A stretch of DNA of 64,000 bases, from positions 1,103,008-1,167,007 of the forward strand of contig OZ243961.1 of NCBI GenBank assembly GCA_965214605.1. Reading direction: 5' to 3'. Every line of letters starts with the position of its first letter. The stretch's first letter is position 1. The stretch is from an uncultured Candidatus Binatia bacterium (GTDB lineage: Bacteria; Desulfobacterota; Binatia; Bin18). The translations under genes were made by a program, and so were the position numbers. Positions 48,670 to 58,933 of this stretch are shown piece by piece. Under the pieces are notes generated by a model. The model was not told the DNA's origin. It worked only from the letters and a program-made list of their open reading frames with translations, and searched no databases.

Positions 48670-49413
48670 TCATCCGACTGCCGACCAGTGTTTGCCGACG
48701 TCGCGTTCCCTCACCTGCCGGCTCCCCTTTGCTACCTGGTACAGGGTCTTGCTGGTCCACTCAAGACAGGTCAAGTACCCACCGTAGACAAGACCCGTAT
48801 CAATCCCGACCTTGTAAGGAAGATGAAAGCGGACCTCAGGTTGGGGCGTGTGGCCGTACACCACCGTGTAAGGAAGGGAGTGACGGTTACTGATAAACTC
48901 CTGACGGATCCACAGCAGATGTTCAGCCTGTTGGTCTGCGAGCGAGCGCGAGGGATCGATACCGGCGTGGACGCACAAAACTTCTTGGCCCGGATCTCGG
49001 CTCGGAGCTAGGCTGGGACCTTGGCCTGGAAAGGAGAGAGCTAAGCCGCGCAGAAACTCGACGTGCGCCTCGGGAATACGCGCGGCCGCTGAGCTCGCGT
49101 CAGGCCAACAGCCGTAGCTGTCCAGGGTCTGGACCCCGCCATTCATCAGAAATGCGTCGCGATAGAGTCCCCCATGATCGAGAAAGTCAAGGAACATATC
49201 CTCATGGTTTCCTCTGAGAAATGTCAATCTGCAGACCTGATCGGCCCGCAGGTCTAATAGCAGGTCGACCACCTCACGGGCTCCGGGTCCACGATCAATA
49301 TAGTCGCCCAAAAAGACGAGGTGATCCTCGACCCGGAGGGTTAAGGCGTCCAGCAGGGCCTCAAGCTCAGCCGGACAGGCATGAATGTCTCCTACGATAA
49401 AGAAACGCGCCAT
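48670..49413 (-). CDS. Metallophosphoesterase (PPP-family Ser/Thr phosphatase / ApaH-like)
   Basis: GDIHA, GDYIDRG, and GNHE motifs in the correct order. Confidence 0.8.
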   Translation of the reverse strand: MARFFIVGDIHACPAELEALLDALTLRVEDHLVFLGDYIDRGPGAREVVDLLLDLRADQVCRLTFLRGNHEDMFLDFLDHGGLYRDAFLMNGGVQTLDSYGCWPDASSAAARIPEAHVEFLRGLALSFPGQGPSLAPSRDPGQEVLCVHAGIDPSRSLADQQAEHLLWIRQEFISNRHSLPYTVVYGHTPQPEVRFHLPYKVGIDTGLVYGGYLTCLEWTSKTLYQVAKGSRQVRERDVGKHWSAVG

Positions 49414-50171
49414 GGTTCTTTTCTCAGATTCCGACCGGCCGCGGCCGGAGCGACAGTTCTTGCTGAACAGCGATTTCATTCTCTACCCAATACGCCTGAC
49501 ATGAGCCTGAGGCAAAGCCTACTCAGTAACGCTATACCTTAAAATACGCGACCCACTCCAGGTTCAGAAGTTTCGCTCCGTTGGTCGGCTCTAGCGGTTC
49601 TTCCGAGATAAGAACCGCCGGGTAGCGTTGGATTACTAGTCCTGGTTGGCGAAACACTCGGGTTCAAGGGAGCGTCACAGTAAAGCTCTCTCTGCATCAA
49701 TAAATAGTCCCCGGCCCAATCCGGTGCGTCGACGATCTCGAACGGGCCTATGATGCGGACATAAACAGTGCCTTCCACAGGGCAGGAGATAACGACAATT
49801 GATCTCATCATCACGCTGGGGAATGAAACTACAGCTCTTGAGAGAACATCTTCCCCGGTAACGCTGCCATTCGTCATCGGGACAAGTCGGGTTAACGAGC
49901 CGCGTTTGGAGCACGCAGGGGTTGTGCTCTTGCCGCAGCAGCGGAGAGCCGATGTATACACGGCTGGCCTGTTCAAAGATCTCAAACGCATCAGCACTCC
50001 GCAGTTTCTGTTGAATCAAGCGATCATCATTTCCTCTTGGTTAGACGGTTTTCCTCTCTCCAAAAAGGCGACTCGTCTTCCTCTCATACAGCGCACAACA
50101 TAGCTGGAGTCTACCGACACGCCTTGACGCCCCCGCTTTTGTACTGCTAGGGCTAGGCGGGGGTCCTTGGT

Positions 50172-50531
50172 ATGACCATAACGCAATTGCTGGCCCGAGA
50201 CCACCTCTTCATCGCCGGTCTAATCCTGCTCGTGCTGGGTTTAGGCAACGCGGTTGTCGCCCTGACAAAAGTGAACGAGTACCTGGCGGTTCTGGCAGCC
50301 ACGACTCCTCAGGTCGAAGCGGCGACCGCGCAGCTCTTTCGTGGCGCTCAGCGCCATATCCCCAGCGAAGCCCGTGAGCGCTGGGACATCGCTCAGGCCA
50401 AGCTGGACTTCTATCATGTCGTACTGAGTAGCGGCTGGCTGATGCTCGGCCTGGGCGTGGTGTGCACGGTGGTGGGCCTTATTCGTTTTCGCCGCCGGCT
50501 GTCCGGGTCGGCAGCAAAACGGCTCTTATAG
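50172..50531 (+). CDS. Small hypothetical membrane protein with two transmembrane helices
   Basis: Hydrophobic helices at both ends (IAGLILLVLGLGNAVVAL and WLMLGLGVVCTVVGLI). Confidence 0.4.
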   Translation: MTITQLLARDHLFIAGLILLVLGLGNAVVALTKVNEYLAVLAATTPQVEAATAQLFRGAQRHIPSEARERWDIAQAKLDFYHVVLSSGWLMLGLGVVCTVVGLIRFRRRLSGSAAKRLL

Positions 50532-50659
50532 ACGGGCTAAGGCGCCCCCAAAGCTGGCCGACAGGGAATATCACATAAAAGTGAGAAAATCGCCATACAA
50601 CGGTTGACATTCCAACCCGTCTTTACTACCTTCTTCTTGCTTTAGTCGATGGGAGTCAC

Positions 50660-51841
50660 ATGGTGCCCGAGCCCGTTCTCGAACAGATTTCTCTGAGCTT
50701 TGATCAACTCCTCGCTCGTGCGGGTGAGGGCGCACAGCTGTCTGCCGCCCAGGGTTATCGCCTAATCCACTGTACGGACGAGGAGTTCCCGGCCTTGTTG
50801 GCGGCTGCGGGCGACCTGCGTGATTGTCACAAAGGGCAGACAGTCACCTACTCACGCAAGCTCTTTCTACCGGTCACCAATCTGTGCCGAGATCGTTGCT
50901 CGTACTGCACCTTTCGTAAGGACCCACGCGATCCCGCCGCCTGGACTATGACGCGCAACGACCTCCACCAGTGGCTCTCCCGAGGTCAAGCCCAGGGTTG
51001 TAAAGAAGCCCTGATGTGCCTGGGCGACAAGCCCGAACTGGTCTCTCGGGCGTACCGCACCACGTTGGCCGATTTAGGCCACCGGACGACAACCGAATAC
51101 ATCTACGAAGCGTGCCAGATTGCGCTGTCATACGGCATTCTGCCCCACACTAACGCGGGCATCCTGAGCTACGACGAGATGCAATGGCTCAAAGATGTGA
51201 ATGTGAGCTTAGGCCTGATGCTGGAAAATATCAGCCCTCGGTTACGCCAACGCGGTATGGCCCATTTTTCAGCTCCGGACAAAGAACCCGCCGTTCGGGT
51301 CAAGATGATCCGCGAAGCTGGTGAGCTGGAAATTCCCTTTACGACCGGAATTCTGATTGGCATTGGAGAGACGCGCGAGGAAGTGGTCGACAGTCTGCTC
51401 GCCATCCGTGACATCCACCAGGAGTACGGCCACATTCAAGAGGTCATCATCCAGAATTTTCGGGCCAAACCTGATACCCGCATGGCCGACGCTCCCGAGC
51501 CGGAGGGCCTGGAAGTGGCCAAAACGGTGGCCGTCGCCAGGCTGTTGCTCGGTGGGCAGATGAACGTCCAAGCTCCGCCCAATCTCAACCCGGTCGATCA
51601 TCGCCTCCTGTTGCGTGCTGGCATTAACGACTGGGGAGGGATCTCGCCGGTCACCAAAGACTACGTCAATCCCGAAGCGGTCTGGCCACATCTAGACACC
51701 CTGGCCCAGACCTGTCGAGAGGAGGGTTTCTGGCTGCGTGAGCGACTGGCCATTTATCAAGAGTATATTGATCGGCCCGGATTTCTCCTGCCGGCCCTGC
51801 GTCCACGGACTGAGGCATTACAGGCCCAGATCAGCGCCTAA
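50660..51841 (+). CDS. cofG: FO synthase subunit 1 (7,8-didemethyl-8-hydroxy-5-deazariboflavin synthase CofG), radical SAM
   Basis: CRDRCSYCTF radical-SAM cysteine triad (CxxxCxYCxF) and CofG family length. Confidence 0.85.
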   Translation: MVPEPVLEQISLSFDQLLARAGEGAQLSAAQGYRLIHCTDEEFPALLAAAGDLRDCHKGQTVTYSRKLFLPVTNLCRDRCSYCTFRKDPRDPAAWTMTRNDLHQWLSRGQAQGCKEALMCLGDKPELVSRAYRTTLADLGHRTTTEYIYEACQIALSYGILPHTNAGILSYDEMQWLKDVNVSLGLMLENISPRLRQRGMAHFSAPDKEPAVRVKMIREAGELEIPFTTGILIGIGETREEVVDSLLAIRDIHQEYGHIQEVIIQNFRAKPDTRMADAPEPEGLEVAKTVAVARLLLGGQMNVQAPPNLNPVDHRLLLRAGINDWGGISPVTKDYVNPEAVWPHLDTLAQTCREEGFWLRERLAIYQEYIDRPGFLLPALRPRTEALQAQISA

Positions 51842-51912
51842 GAAGGCTGTCCTCTCGTCCCTTTTTGGTCTGAAGTATTGACGTTTTTCGCTCCACAATA
51901 AGGAGACCTACT

Positions 51913-53199
51913 GTGGCAACCGACGGTCTTGCGAGTATTCTTGAACATATCGATCCTCAGGTCAGCACGATTCTGCACCGGGCCTTGGAGGGACAAGAAG
52001 TGTCCTGGCAGGAGGCACTGCTTTTGTGCGAGACAAATGGGCTCGATCTCCAGGCCGTGTGTCTAGTCGCGGATGAGATGCGCCGGCGTCAAGTCGGCGA
52101 GGTGGTGACGTATGTGATCAACCGGAATATTAACTTCACCAACGTCTGCATTAAACACTGCACCTTCTGCGCTTTTAGCCGTGAATATCGTGAAGAACAA
52201 GGCTATTTTCTCCCCGAAGAGGAAATTATCCGGCGGGCTCAACAAGCTGTTGATATGGGTGCCACCGAGGTGTGTATGCAGGCCGGCCTGCCGCCCAAGA
52301 TGAAGGGCGAGCTGTATATCGATCTGACCCGAGCAGTGAAAAAGGCCCTCCCGGACCTGCATATTCATGCCTTCTCCCCTGAAGAGGTCTTGTACGGCGC
52401 AACGCGGGCGGCGGTCTCGATTCCCAACTATCTAGCCGCCCTCAAGGACGCGGGCTTGGATACCCTGCCCGGCACGTCGGCCGAAATTCTTGACCAGGAC
52501 ATTCGTGATCGTATTGCCCCGGGGCGCATCACCACAAAACAGTGGATTGAGGTCATCACGTCCGCCCATGGCCTCGGCATTCCAACGACCTCAACGATCA
52601 TGTACGGCCACATCGAGACCCCGATACATTGGGTCAAGCATATGAATCTGCTACGTGATATCCAGAAGGAAACCGGAGGCTTTACCGAGTTCGTTCCCCT
52701 GTCCCTGATTCACCAAGAAGCACCCATGTACCAGCGCAAACTGATCAAAAACATGCGTCAAGGCGCAACTGGCACAGAAGTCATTAAAATGCACGCAGTC
52801 GCCCGCCTCATGCTCGGCCCGACGTTTCGGAATATCCAGTCATCGTGGGTCAAAGAGGGCCCAAAGCTGGCTCAGTATCTGCTGAATATAGGGGCCAACG
52901 ACCTGGGCGGGACCTTGATCAACGAGAGTATTTCCACCTCTGCAGGCGCCCAGTATGGGCAGCTCGTCCCGCCTAAAGAACTCCGTCGTCTGATCCGTGA
53001 TATTGGCCGGACTCCGGCTGAACGTGGCACTACATACACGCTCCGAACAATCTTCAACGGCCAGGACGAAGAGTTAAGCCCGCTCGACATGGTCGAAAAT
53101 CCGGACGAGCAGTTCGGTTCCTATCGGAAGCTGACCGCCTCGGATCAGTTCCGCTACGTACATCCCTTTGAACGCGAGAAGCAAGCGGCTTCTCACTAA
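51913..53199 (+). CDS. cofH: FO synthase subunit 2 (CofH), radical SAM
   Basis: CIKHCTFCAF cysteine motif. GTG start with an AAGGAG ribosome-binding site. It is paired directly with cofG. Confidence 0.85.
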   Translation: MATDGLASILEHIDPQVSTILHRALEGQEVSWQEALLLCETNGLDLQAVCLVADEMRRRQVGEVVTYVINRNINFTNVCIKHCTFCAFSREYREEQGYFLPEEEIIRRAQQAVDMGATEVCMQAGLPPKMKGELYIDLTRAVKKALPDLHIHAFSPEEVLYGATRAAVSIPNYLAALKDAGLDTLPGTSAEILDQDIRDRIAPGRITTKQWIEVITSAHGLGIPTTSTIMYGHIETPIHWVKHMNLLRDIQKETGGFTEFVPLSLIHQEAPMYQRKLIKNMRQGATGTEVIKMHAVARLMLGPTFRNIQSSWVKEGPKLAQYLLNIGANDLGGTLINESISTSAGAQYGQLVPPKELRRLIRDIGRTPAERGTTYTLRTIFNGQDEELSPLDMVENPDEQFGSYRKLTASDQFRYVHPFEREKQAASH

Positions 53200-53235
53200 C
53201 ATCACCGGGCGGCATGCCCTTTCCCCCAGATCAGC

Positions 53236-54189
53236 ATGCCACGCTGTGACGATCTCAGCATTACCGCTCTTGCTGGAGGGGTGGGTGCCGCCCGTTTCTT
53301 ACGTGGCCTAGTACGTGTCATCAATCCGGCCAATCTGAGTGTGGTGGTGAACACTGGCGATGATGACGAATTTTTTGGCCTATACGTGTCTCCAGACCTC
53401 GATACCATCACCTATACGCTCGCCGATGCTGTCGACCATGACAAAGGCTGGGGTCTGCCGGACGAGAGCTTCCACTGTCTTAGCGGGTTGAGACGCTATT
53501 ATCCCGAGACCTGGTTTAGTCTGGGTGACGCCGACCTAGCGACCCACCTGTTTCGGACTCAGCAGCTGAGACAAGGGCACACCCTGAGCCAAGTCACCGC
53601 CGCTATTGTCCAAGCCTGGGACGTGCGCGCCACGGTCTTACCGATGAGCAACGATCCGGTCCGGACGGTGGTCCACACCGAAGCGGGTGCTCTGCCGTTT
53701 CAGGAATATTTTGTCAAAGGTCGGGGTGAAGGTCGGGTCGAACGCATCGAGTTACGAGGGCTGCCGGACGCCCGCCCGGCGCCGGGCGTGTGTGAGGCGA
53801 TCCAGTCTGCACATTTGGTGATTCTCCCGCCCAGCAACCCGTTGGTGAGCATCGGGCCTATTCTCGGCCTACCTGGCGTCCGCGACGCCCTGCGCCAAAC
53901 CCCAGCGTTGGTTGTCGGCATCAGTCCATTGGTAGCCGGTAAGCCGATTAAAGGGCCGGCCGACCGTATGCTCAGTGGCCTCGGCATTGAAGCCTCGGCG
54001 ACTGGAGTGGCCGGCCTGTACGCCGACTTTCTGGACGCTTTCGTGATCGATACGCAAGATGCGGCTCAACGGGCCAGACTTGAAGCCCAGGGGCTGATGG
54101 TTCGGGTAACCGATACAATTATGAGTGATATGGAGAAATCAATTGCCCTGGCCCGGACGGCTGTTGAACATATGAAACGTGAAACATAG
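53236..54189 (+). CDS. cofD: 2-phospho-L-lactate transferase
   Basis: N-terminal ALAGGVGAARFLRGL glycine-rich motif of the CofD/UPF0052 family. Confidence 0.85.
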   Translation: MPRCDDLSITALAGGVGAARFLRGLVRVINPANLSVVVNTGDDDEFFGLYVSPDLDTITYTLADAVDHDKGWGLPDESFHCLSGLRRYYPETWFSLGDADLATHLFRTQQLRQGHTLSQVTAAIVQAWDVRATVLPMSNDPVRTVVHTEAGALPFQEYFVKGRGEGRVERIELRGLPDARPAPGVCEAIQSAHLVILPPSNPLVSIGPILGLPGVRDALRQTPALVVGISPLVAGKPIKGPADRMLSGLGIEASATGVAGLYADFLDAFVIDTQDAAQRARLEAQGLMVRVTDTIMSDMEKSIALARTAVEHMKRET

Positions 54190-54232
54190 GAGGGATATCT
54201 CCTAGGCCGCTGTATCCCCGAAGGATTCTAAT

Positions 54233-54985
54233 ATGAGTACGATCGCACTCATCCCTATCCCCGATATTCCCCAAATTCAACCCGGTGACGATCTGGTCTC
54301 GCTCCTTCTCGACGCGATTGATCGGTCCAAGGTCGGCCTCAAAAACGGCGATATTCTGGTTATGTGCCAAAAAATCGTCTCCAAAGCCGAGGGTGCAGTG
54401 GTTGATTTGAAGACCGTCGAACCTTCGTCTTTTGCCCACCAGATTGCAGACCAGTGGGAAAAAGACCCCCGTATCGTCGAGGTTGTGCTACAGGAGAGCA
54501 AGCGGATCGTGATGATGAAAAATGGAGTAGTGATAACCGAAACAAAACAGGGCTGGGTGTGTGCTAACTCGGGAGTCGATGCGTCAAATACCCTAGCCGA
54601 CGATATCGTCATCGTCTTGCCTAAAGATCCTGACCGGTCGGCCAAAAGCATGCGGGTCGCTATTCAAGAACGCCGCAATATTTCGATCGGGATCGTTATC
54701 ACCGATACCTTTGGCCGTCCGTGGCGTGACGGTCTGGTCGAGTTTGCGCTGGGCGTCTCGGGATTTGAGGGCCTGCTTGACATGCGCGGCAGTGAAGACC
54801 TCCAGGGCCGAGAACTGCACCATACCATCGTCTCGGTTGCTGACGAACTCGCCTGCGCCGCCGGCCTGCTGATGGAAAAGAACGCGGCCGTACCGGCCGT
54901 GATTGTTCGTGGTTACAAGTACACTCCGGCCGAGGGCAGCGGACAGGTCTTGATCCGGCCGGCCGAGGCGGATTTGTTTCGCTAA
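54233..54985 (+). CDS. cofE: Coenzyme F420-0:L-glutamate ligase (CofE domain)
   Basis: About 250 aa in the CofE pattern (…GDILVMCQKIVSKAEG…ANSGVD…). It completes a cofG-cofH-cofD-cofE cluster. Confidence 0.8.
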   Translation: MSTIALIPIPDIPQIQPGDDLVSLLLDAIDRSKVGLKNGDILVMCQKIVSKAEGAVVDLKTVEPSSFAHQIADQWEKDPRIVEVVLQESKRIVMMKNGVVITETKQGWVCANSGVDASNTLADDIVIVLPKDPDRSAKSMRVAIQERRNISIGIVITDTFGRPWRDGLVEFALGVSGFEGLLDMRGSEDLQGRELHHTIVSVADELACAAGLLMEKNAAVPAVIVRGYKYTPAEGSGQVLIRPAEADLFR

Positions 54986-55412
54986 GCTTCGCTTCAGGCC
55001 CTCAACTGATGTGGACTAGCAGCGCCCAACTTCTTTGAGCCTCCTGCCTCAAATCCAATTGTTTAAGTGAACAAGTTGGTCTTTCAGAACTCCGGCAGAG
55101 AGATTACTCAGAATGTTCAGCATGGGAAATCCCCGGTCGATCTTAGCCTGAGGCTCTAGTAGTAGGCGTCATGCATTTCTGCCAAGAGGGAAACTCACGC
55201 AGGATATCTTCAACCGACAGCCCACGACGGTAGTCTAGGACAAGGAAACTCACCGGAAAGCGGCTTCCTATGATGACCGGTCTTCCCCCTGAACATGCGG
55301 ACGGCGTTCAACATAGGGACGACCCATATTTATTGTCGTACTCTAGGCGCTCACCGTTCACTCCTGCTGAGAGGATCTCGCTATCCCAAAGCGTTCTCTG
55401 AACCTGAGCAAG

Positions 55413-56648
55413 TTGCATCCCGGCCAGGCCATGACGACGAGACAAGATAGAAGCTCTCTCACTCTCCAAAGCCTGTTGCTTGCCGTCTGCCTAGTCCTGT
55501 CGACCGTTCCGGGCTTCTCGTCTCCACCCCCCGGTGTCAGCCTCATCGAGGGCAGTCTGACCCCTTTTTTTCACAATCGGCCCCTTTCGGCCTTTCGGGT
55601 CTACGCATTCCACGGCCACACTCCGCACCCGATTCCGTTTCAGATCGACGAACGGGACCAACGAGAGCGCTGGATTGTGAGGCACGGTTCAAAAGCCAAG
55701 CAGGACAGCCCTGCCGCGGTGTTTGACGCCAACGACGCCATTGTGGTGATGAACCGCGACCTGGGGCAGCGTGGCGACCCGTCCGTTCTTCCGGACCAGG
55801 CCAAGCGCTGGGCCGAGATCCGGGTCGGAGAAGAGACGAACCGGCTGGGTTTTGTCTATGTCGGGGTCTTTCCCCCAACACACACCCCACCACGCATCAC
55901 CCAGCCTTACGCCCGCTACGACCCGGCCACCGACCGGATCTATGCCGAGCGCTACGCCCTGGCCTTTGACGCGCCACTGCCAACCCATTTTGCTCCGGTT
56001 GAGCGGCTCGGCCACTTTGGGACCAATACTATAACCGGAGTCAAAGCCGGCGCCGAGGTCCGCTTGCTAGGCGGTTTGCTACGCTTCCAGCGTACCGAGG
56101 TCGATCTACGCAGCAGCTTGCGTGGCTACCAGTCCGGCCCGGTTCGGGTAATCCGCCAGGCGCGCTACTGGGTGCCGCTGCCGTTTGGCCTGCGCACCTC
56201 GGGCAAGGTCAATCTCATTTTCTACCGGGACTTTGTTGAGGGCAGCGCACGGATCAAGCTGAAAATCCCGCCCCGCCTCGTGCTGGCGGAGGGCGAATTC
56301 ACGACCTATTTTGACTTTCTGGACCTGCGCGGGGCGCGTCCGCTGCTGAATGGCCGCCTGAGCCGCTGGGCGGCACTGTGCCTACCGAGCGGCCGGACAC
56401 TTGTTCTTATTCCCCGGCTTGAGGACGGCTTGAGCAGGCTTGAGCAGCGCGTCTATTACGGTGGCGCTCAGCCCCATTTCGGCTTTCAGTTTTCGGAAAT
56501 TGGTCGTCTGGAGAGCGGCTCGCATCGCCTATCGGTTTTCGGCCTGCTGCTCGACACGACCGCCCCGGACACGGTTCAGCGGGCCGCCGATATCTTTCTC
56601 TCCCCCCCCCAAGTGGCCGCGCAGCTACTCAATGCCCAGCTGGACTAG
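55413..56648 (+). CDS. Hypothetical secreted protein
   Basis: Signal peptide LTLQSLLLAVCLVLSTVPGFSS. Beta-rich composition. Contains a 9-C homopolymer encoding SPPQ. No known motif. Confidence 0.45.
   Translation: MHPGQAMTTRQDRSSLTLQSLLLAVCLVLSTVPGFSSPPPGVSLIEGSLTPFFHNRPLSAFRVYAFHGHTPHPIPFQIDERDQRERWIVRHGSKAKQDSPAAVFDANDAIVVMNRDLGQRGDPSVLPDQAKRWAEIRVGEETNRLGFVYVGVFPPTHTPPRITQPYARYDPATDRIYAERYALAFDAPLPTHFAPVERLGHFGTNTITGVKAGAEVRLLGGLLRFQRTEVDLRSSLRGYQSGPVRVIRQARYWVPLPFGLRTSGKVNLIFYRDFVEGSARIKLKIPPRLVLAEGEFTTYFDFLDLRGARPLLNGRLSRWAALCLPSGRTLVLIPRLEDGLSRLEQRVYYGGAQPHFGFQFSEIGRLESGSHRLSVFGLLLDTTAPDTVQRAADIFLSPPQVAAQLLNAQLD
56602..56610. repeat. 9-bp poly-C homopolymer
   Basis: Read directly from the sequence. 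It lies within the 3' end of the 55413-56648 ORF (…FLSPPQ…). Confidence 0.9.
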
Positions 56649-57743
56649 AGACCAGGCGGCAACCGCCATCTGACGACACTGTTCCCTATAGCCCAACGCC
56701 TGAGGCGAGCTGGCGTTGCCGTCAAGTCCGCGCTTGTACACCCCCTGGATAATGGCGCCAATACGGAACAGGGCAAATACAATGTAGAAGGTCCAGTTCG
56801 GAATCTGCTTTCGTCCGGTCAGCTGGCAGTAGCGCGCCACATAGTCGTGCTCAGACGGAATCCCATAGCTGGCGTAATTAAGCCCAGTGATATCGCCCCG
56901 AATATCATCCGGCACATGGTAGGGGAGACAGTTGTGGGCCAAGTCGGCAAATGGAGCACCGAGCGTACTCAACTCCCAATCGACGACCGCCAACACACGC
57001 GGTTCGGTCGGATGAAAGATTATATTCTCTAAACGAAAGTCACCGTGGGAGATTGTGGTTTCGTCATCGACTGGCAGATGCTCGGGCAGCCACGCTATGA
57101 GCCGTTCCATCTCTGGAATATCTTCGGTTCTGCTGGCCGCATACTGTTTTGTCCAACGGTCAACCTGACGCGCCATATAGCCGCCAATCCGTCCATAGCC
57201 CTCTAGGCCAACCGCCCGAAAATCAACCTGGTGCAGGGCGGCGATCGCCTCGACCATTGCCGCATACACCCGTCCCCGCTCGTTCGGCGTCATATCACGC
57301 AGCTCATAGCCGCGTAACACCCGTCCATCAATAAAATCCATCAGATAGAAATCTGTGCCGATCACAGACGGGTCTTGACACAGCACGTAGGGCTTGGCGA
57401 CCGGCACGTCGGTGTTGCACAGCGCTGAAATGATCCGAAACTCCCGGTCAACCGCATGGGCCGAGGGCAGCAGCTTGCCAGGCGGCTTTTTACGCAGCAC
57501 GTAGCGCCGGCCGGCCGTATCCGTCAACACAAAGGTCGGGTTCGACATACCGCCCCGAATCTGTCCAACATGCATGGGTGGGGTGAAGTCGGCTAGGTGT
57601 CGGCACATATAACGCTCAAGGTGAGCCTGGTCGAAGTGGTGTTGCTCAAGCACCGGGGCGGTATCGGTGGTCAGCGAAACCAGCGGTAATGCCTCGGCCT
57701 GAGCGTTGGTCGCCATCGGTATCTCTCCTTGTCCGTCGCTCAT
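56625..57743 (-). CDS. Phosphotransferase of the APH (aminoglycoside/choline-kinase-like) family
   Basis: Brenner motif HGDFRLENIIF (HGD...N) and DWE(L). Typical of the acyl-CoA-dehydrogenase-associated APH clade. Its 5' end overlaps the paralog by 4 nt. Confidence 0.75.
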   Translation of the reverse strand: MSDGQGEIPMATNAQAEALPLVSLTTDTAPVLEQHHFDQAHLERYMCRHLADFTPPMHVGQIRGGMSNPTFVLTDTAGRRYVLRKKPPGKLLPSAHAVDREFRIISALCNTDVPVAKPYVLCQDPSVIGTDFYLMDFIDGRVLRGYELRDMTPNERGRVYAAMVEAIAALHQVDFRAVGLEGYGRIGGYMARQVDRWTKQYAASRTEDIPEMERLIAWLPEHLPVDDETTISHGDFRLENIIFHPTEPRVLAVVDWELSTLGAPFADLAHNCLPYHVPDDIRGDITGLNYASYGIPSEHDYVARYCQLTGRKQIPNWTFYIVFALFRIGAIIQGVYKRGLDGNASSPQALGYREQCRQMAVAAWSLVQLGIE

Positions 57744-58828
57744 ACGCCCCGCTCAACCAAGTCCCAGGCGGCGGTCGCCAACTGCTTGCACTTTTCACCA
57801 CGGGTGATGGCTTCGGGCGAGCTGGCATTGCCATCAAGCGCCCGTTTGTACACCCCCTGGACAATTGCCGCCAGTCGGAAGAGCGAAAACACCACGTAGA
57901 AGTTCCAGTTTTCAATAGCCGAGCGGTCCATCTGTTGGCAGTAGCGAGCCACGCACTCCTGCTCAGATGGAATGCCGTAGGTGGTAACATTGAGGTGGGT
58001 GATGTCCCCCCGGATATCGTCCGGCACCTGATAGGGTAGACAGTTATAGGCCAAATCGGACAGGGGCGCACCGAGCGTACTCAGCTCCCAGTCAACAACG
58101 GCTAACACCTGGGGCTGGGTGGGATGAAACAGCAGGTTCTCTAAGCGAAAATCGCCATGCACAATCGTGGTCTCATCGTCATCCGGCAGATGCTCGGGCA
58201 GCCAGGCTATGAGCCGTTCCATGGCCGGCAGCTCATCCGTTTTGCTCGCCTCGTACTGCTTGGACCAGCGCCTGACCTGGCGGCCCATATAGCCGCCGAT
58301 CCGACCGTAGTCCTCAAGCCCAACCGCCCGGAAATCAACCTGATGGATCTTGGCCATAGTATCAATCATGGTTTCATACACCGCCCGCCGCTCGCTCGGA
58401 GCGAGGTCGGGCAGCTCATACCCACGAAACACGCGACCCTCAACAAAATCCATAATATAAAAATCCACACCCAGCACTAACGGGTCCTGACACAGGACAT
58501 GCGGTTTGGCGACCGGCACATCAGTATCCCACAGAGCCGAGATGATTCGAAATTCTCGGTCAACCGCGTGGGCCGAGGGCAGTAGCTTGCCAGGCGGTTT
58601 TTTGCGCAGCACGTAACGCCGTCCAGCCCCATCCGTCAAGATGAAGGTCGGGTTCGACATCCCGCCCCGCACCTGTCCAACCGATAGCGGCGGACTGAAG
58701 GCCTCGATATGTTCGGCCATGTAGCGCGCCAGCGCGGCCTCATCAAAACGATGCTGGTCAAGCACTGGAGCAGTCTCAGCCGTGAGCGAAGTGAGCGGGC
58801 TGGTCTCTACTGCCTGGATTGTCGCCAT
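57740..58828 (-). CDS. APH-family phosphotransferase, a tandem paralog of the downstream gene
   Basis: Same motifs (HGDFRLENLLF, DWEL). About 70-80% identical to its neighbour over most of its length. Confidence 0.75.
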   Translation of the reverse strand: MATIQAVETSPLTSLTAETAPVLDQHRFDEAALARYMAEHIEAFSPPLSVGQVRGGMSNPTFILTDGAGRRYVLRKKPPGKLLPSAHAVDREFRIISALWDTDVPVAKPHVLCQDPLVLGVDFYIMDFVEGRVFRGYELPDLAPSERRAVYETMIDTMAKIHQVDFRAVGLEDYGRIGGYMGRQVRRWSKQYEASKTDELPAMERLIAWLPEHLPDDDETTIVHGDFRLENLLFHPTQPQVLAVVDWELSTLGAPLSDLAYNCLPYQVPDDIRGDITHLNVTTYGIPSEQECVARYCQQMDRSAIENWNFYVVFSLFRLAAIVQGVYKRALDGNASSPEAITRGEKCKQLATAAWDLVERGV

Positions 58829-58933
58829 CGCACGTCTCTCCTTTTTGGCGCTGACAAGATGCTCAAGTGGCCTCGTCCACGAATTGTTCCCCTAGTTCAA
58901 TCACCCAACAATAGGTATCGTCAAGGCGAGCGT

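Noticed and set aside
49480-50170. Search for an RNase P RNA, tmRNA or SRP RNA in the low-GC segment
   Set aside because: The conserved hallmark sequences are not present on either strand: AGGAAAGTCCGGGC and ACAGAACCCGGCTTA for RNase P, GGGGCTGATTCTGGATTCGACGGG and the tRNA-like 3' end for tmRNA, and the SRP domain IV GGAAGCAGCCAAGG.
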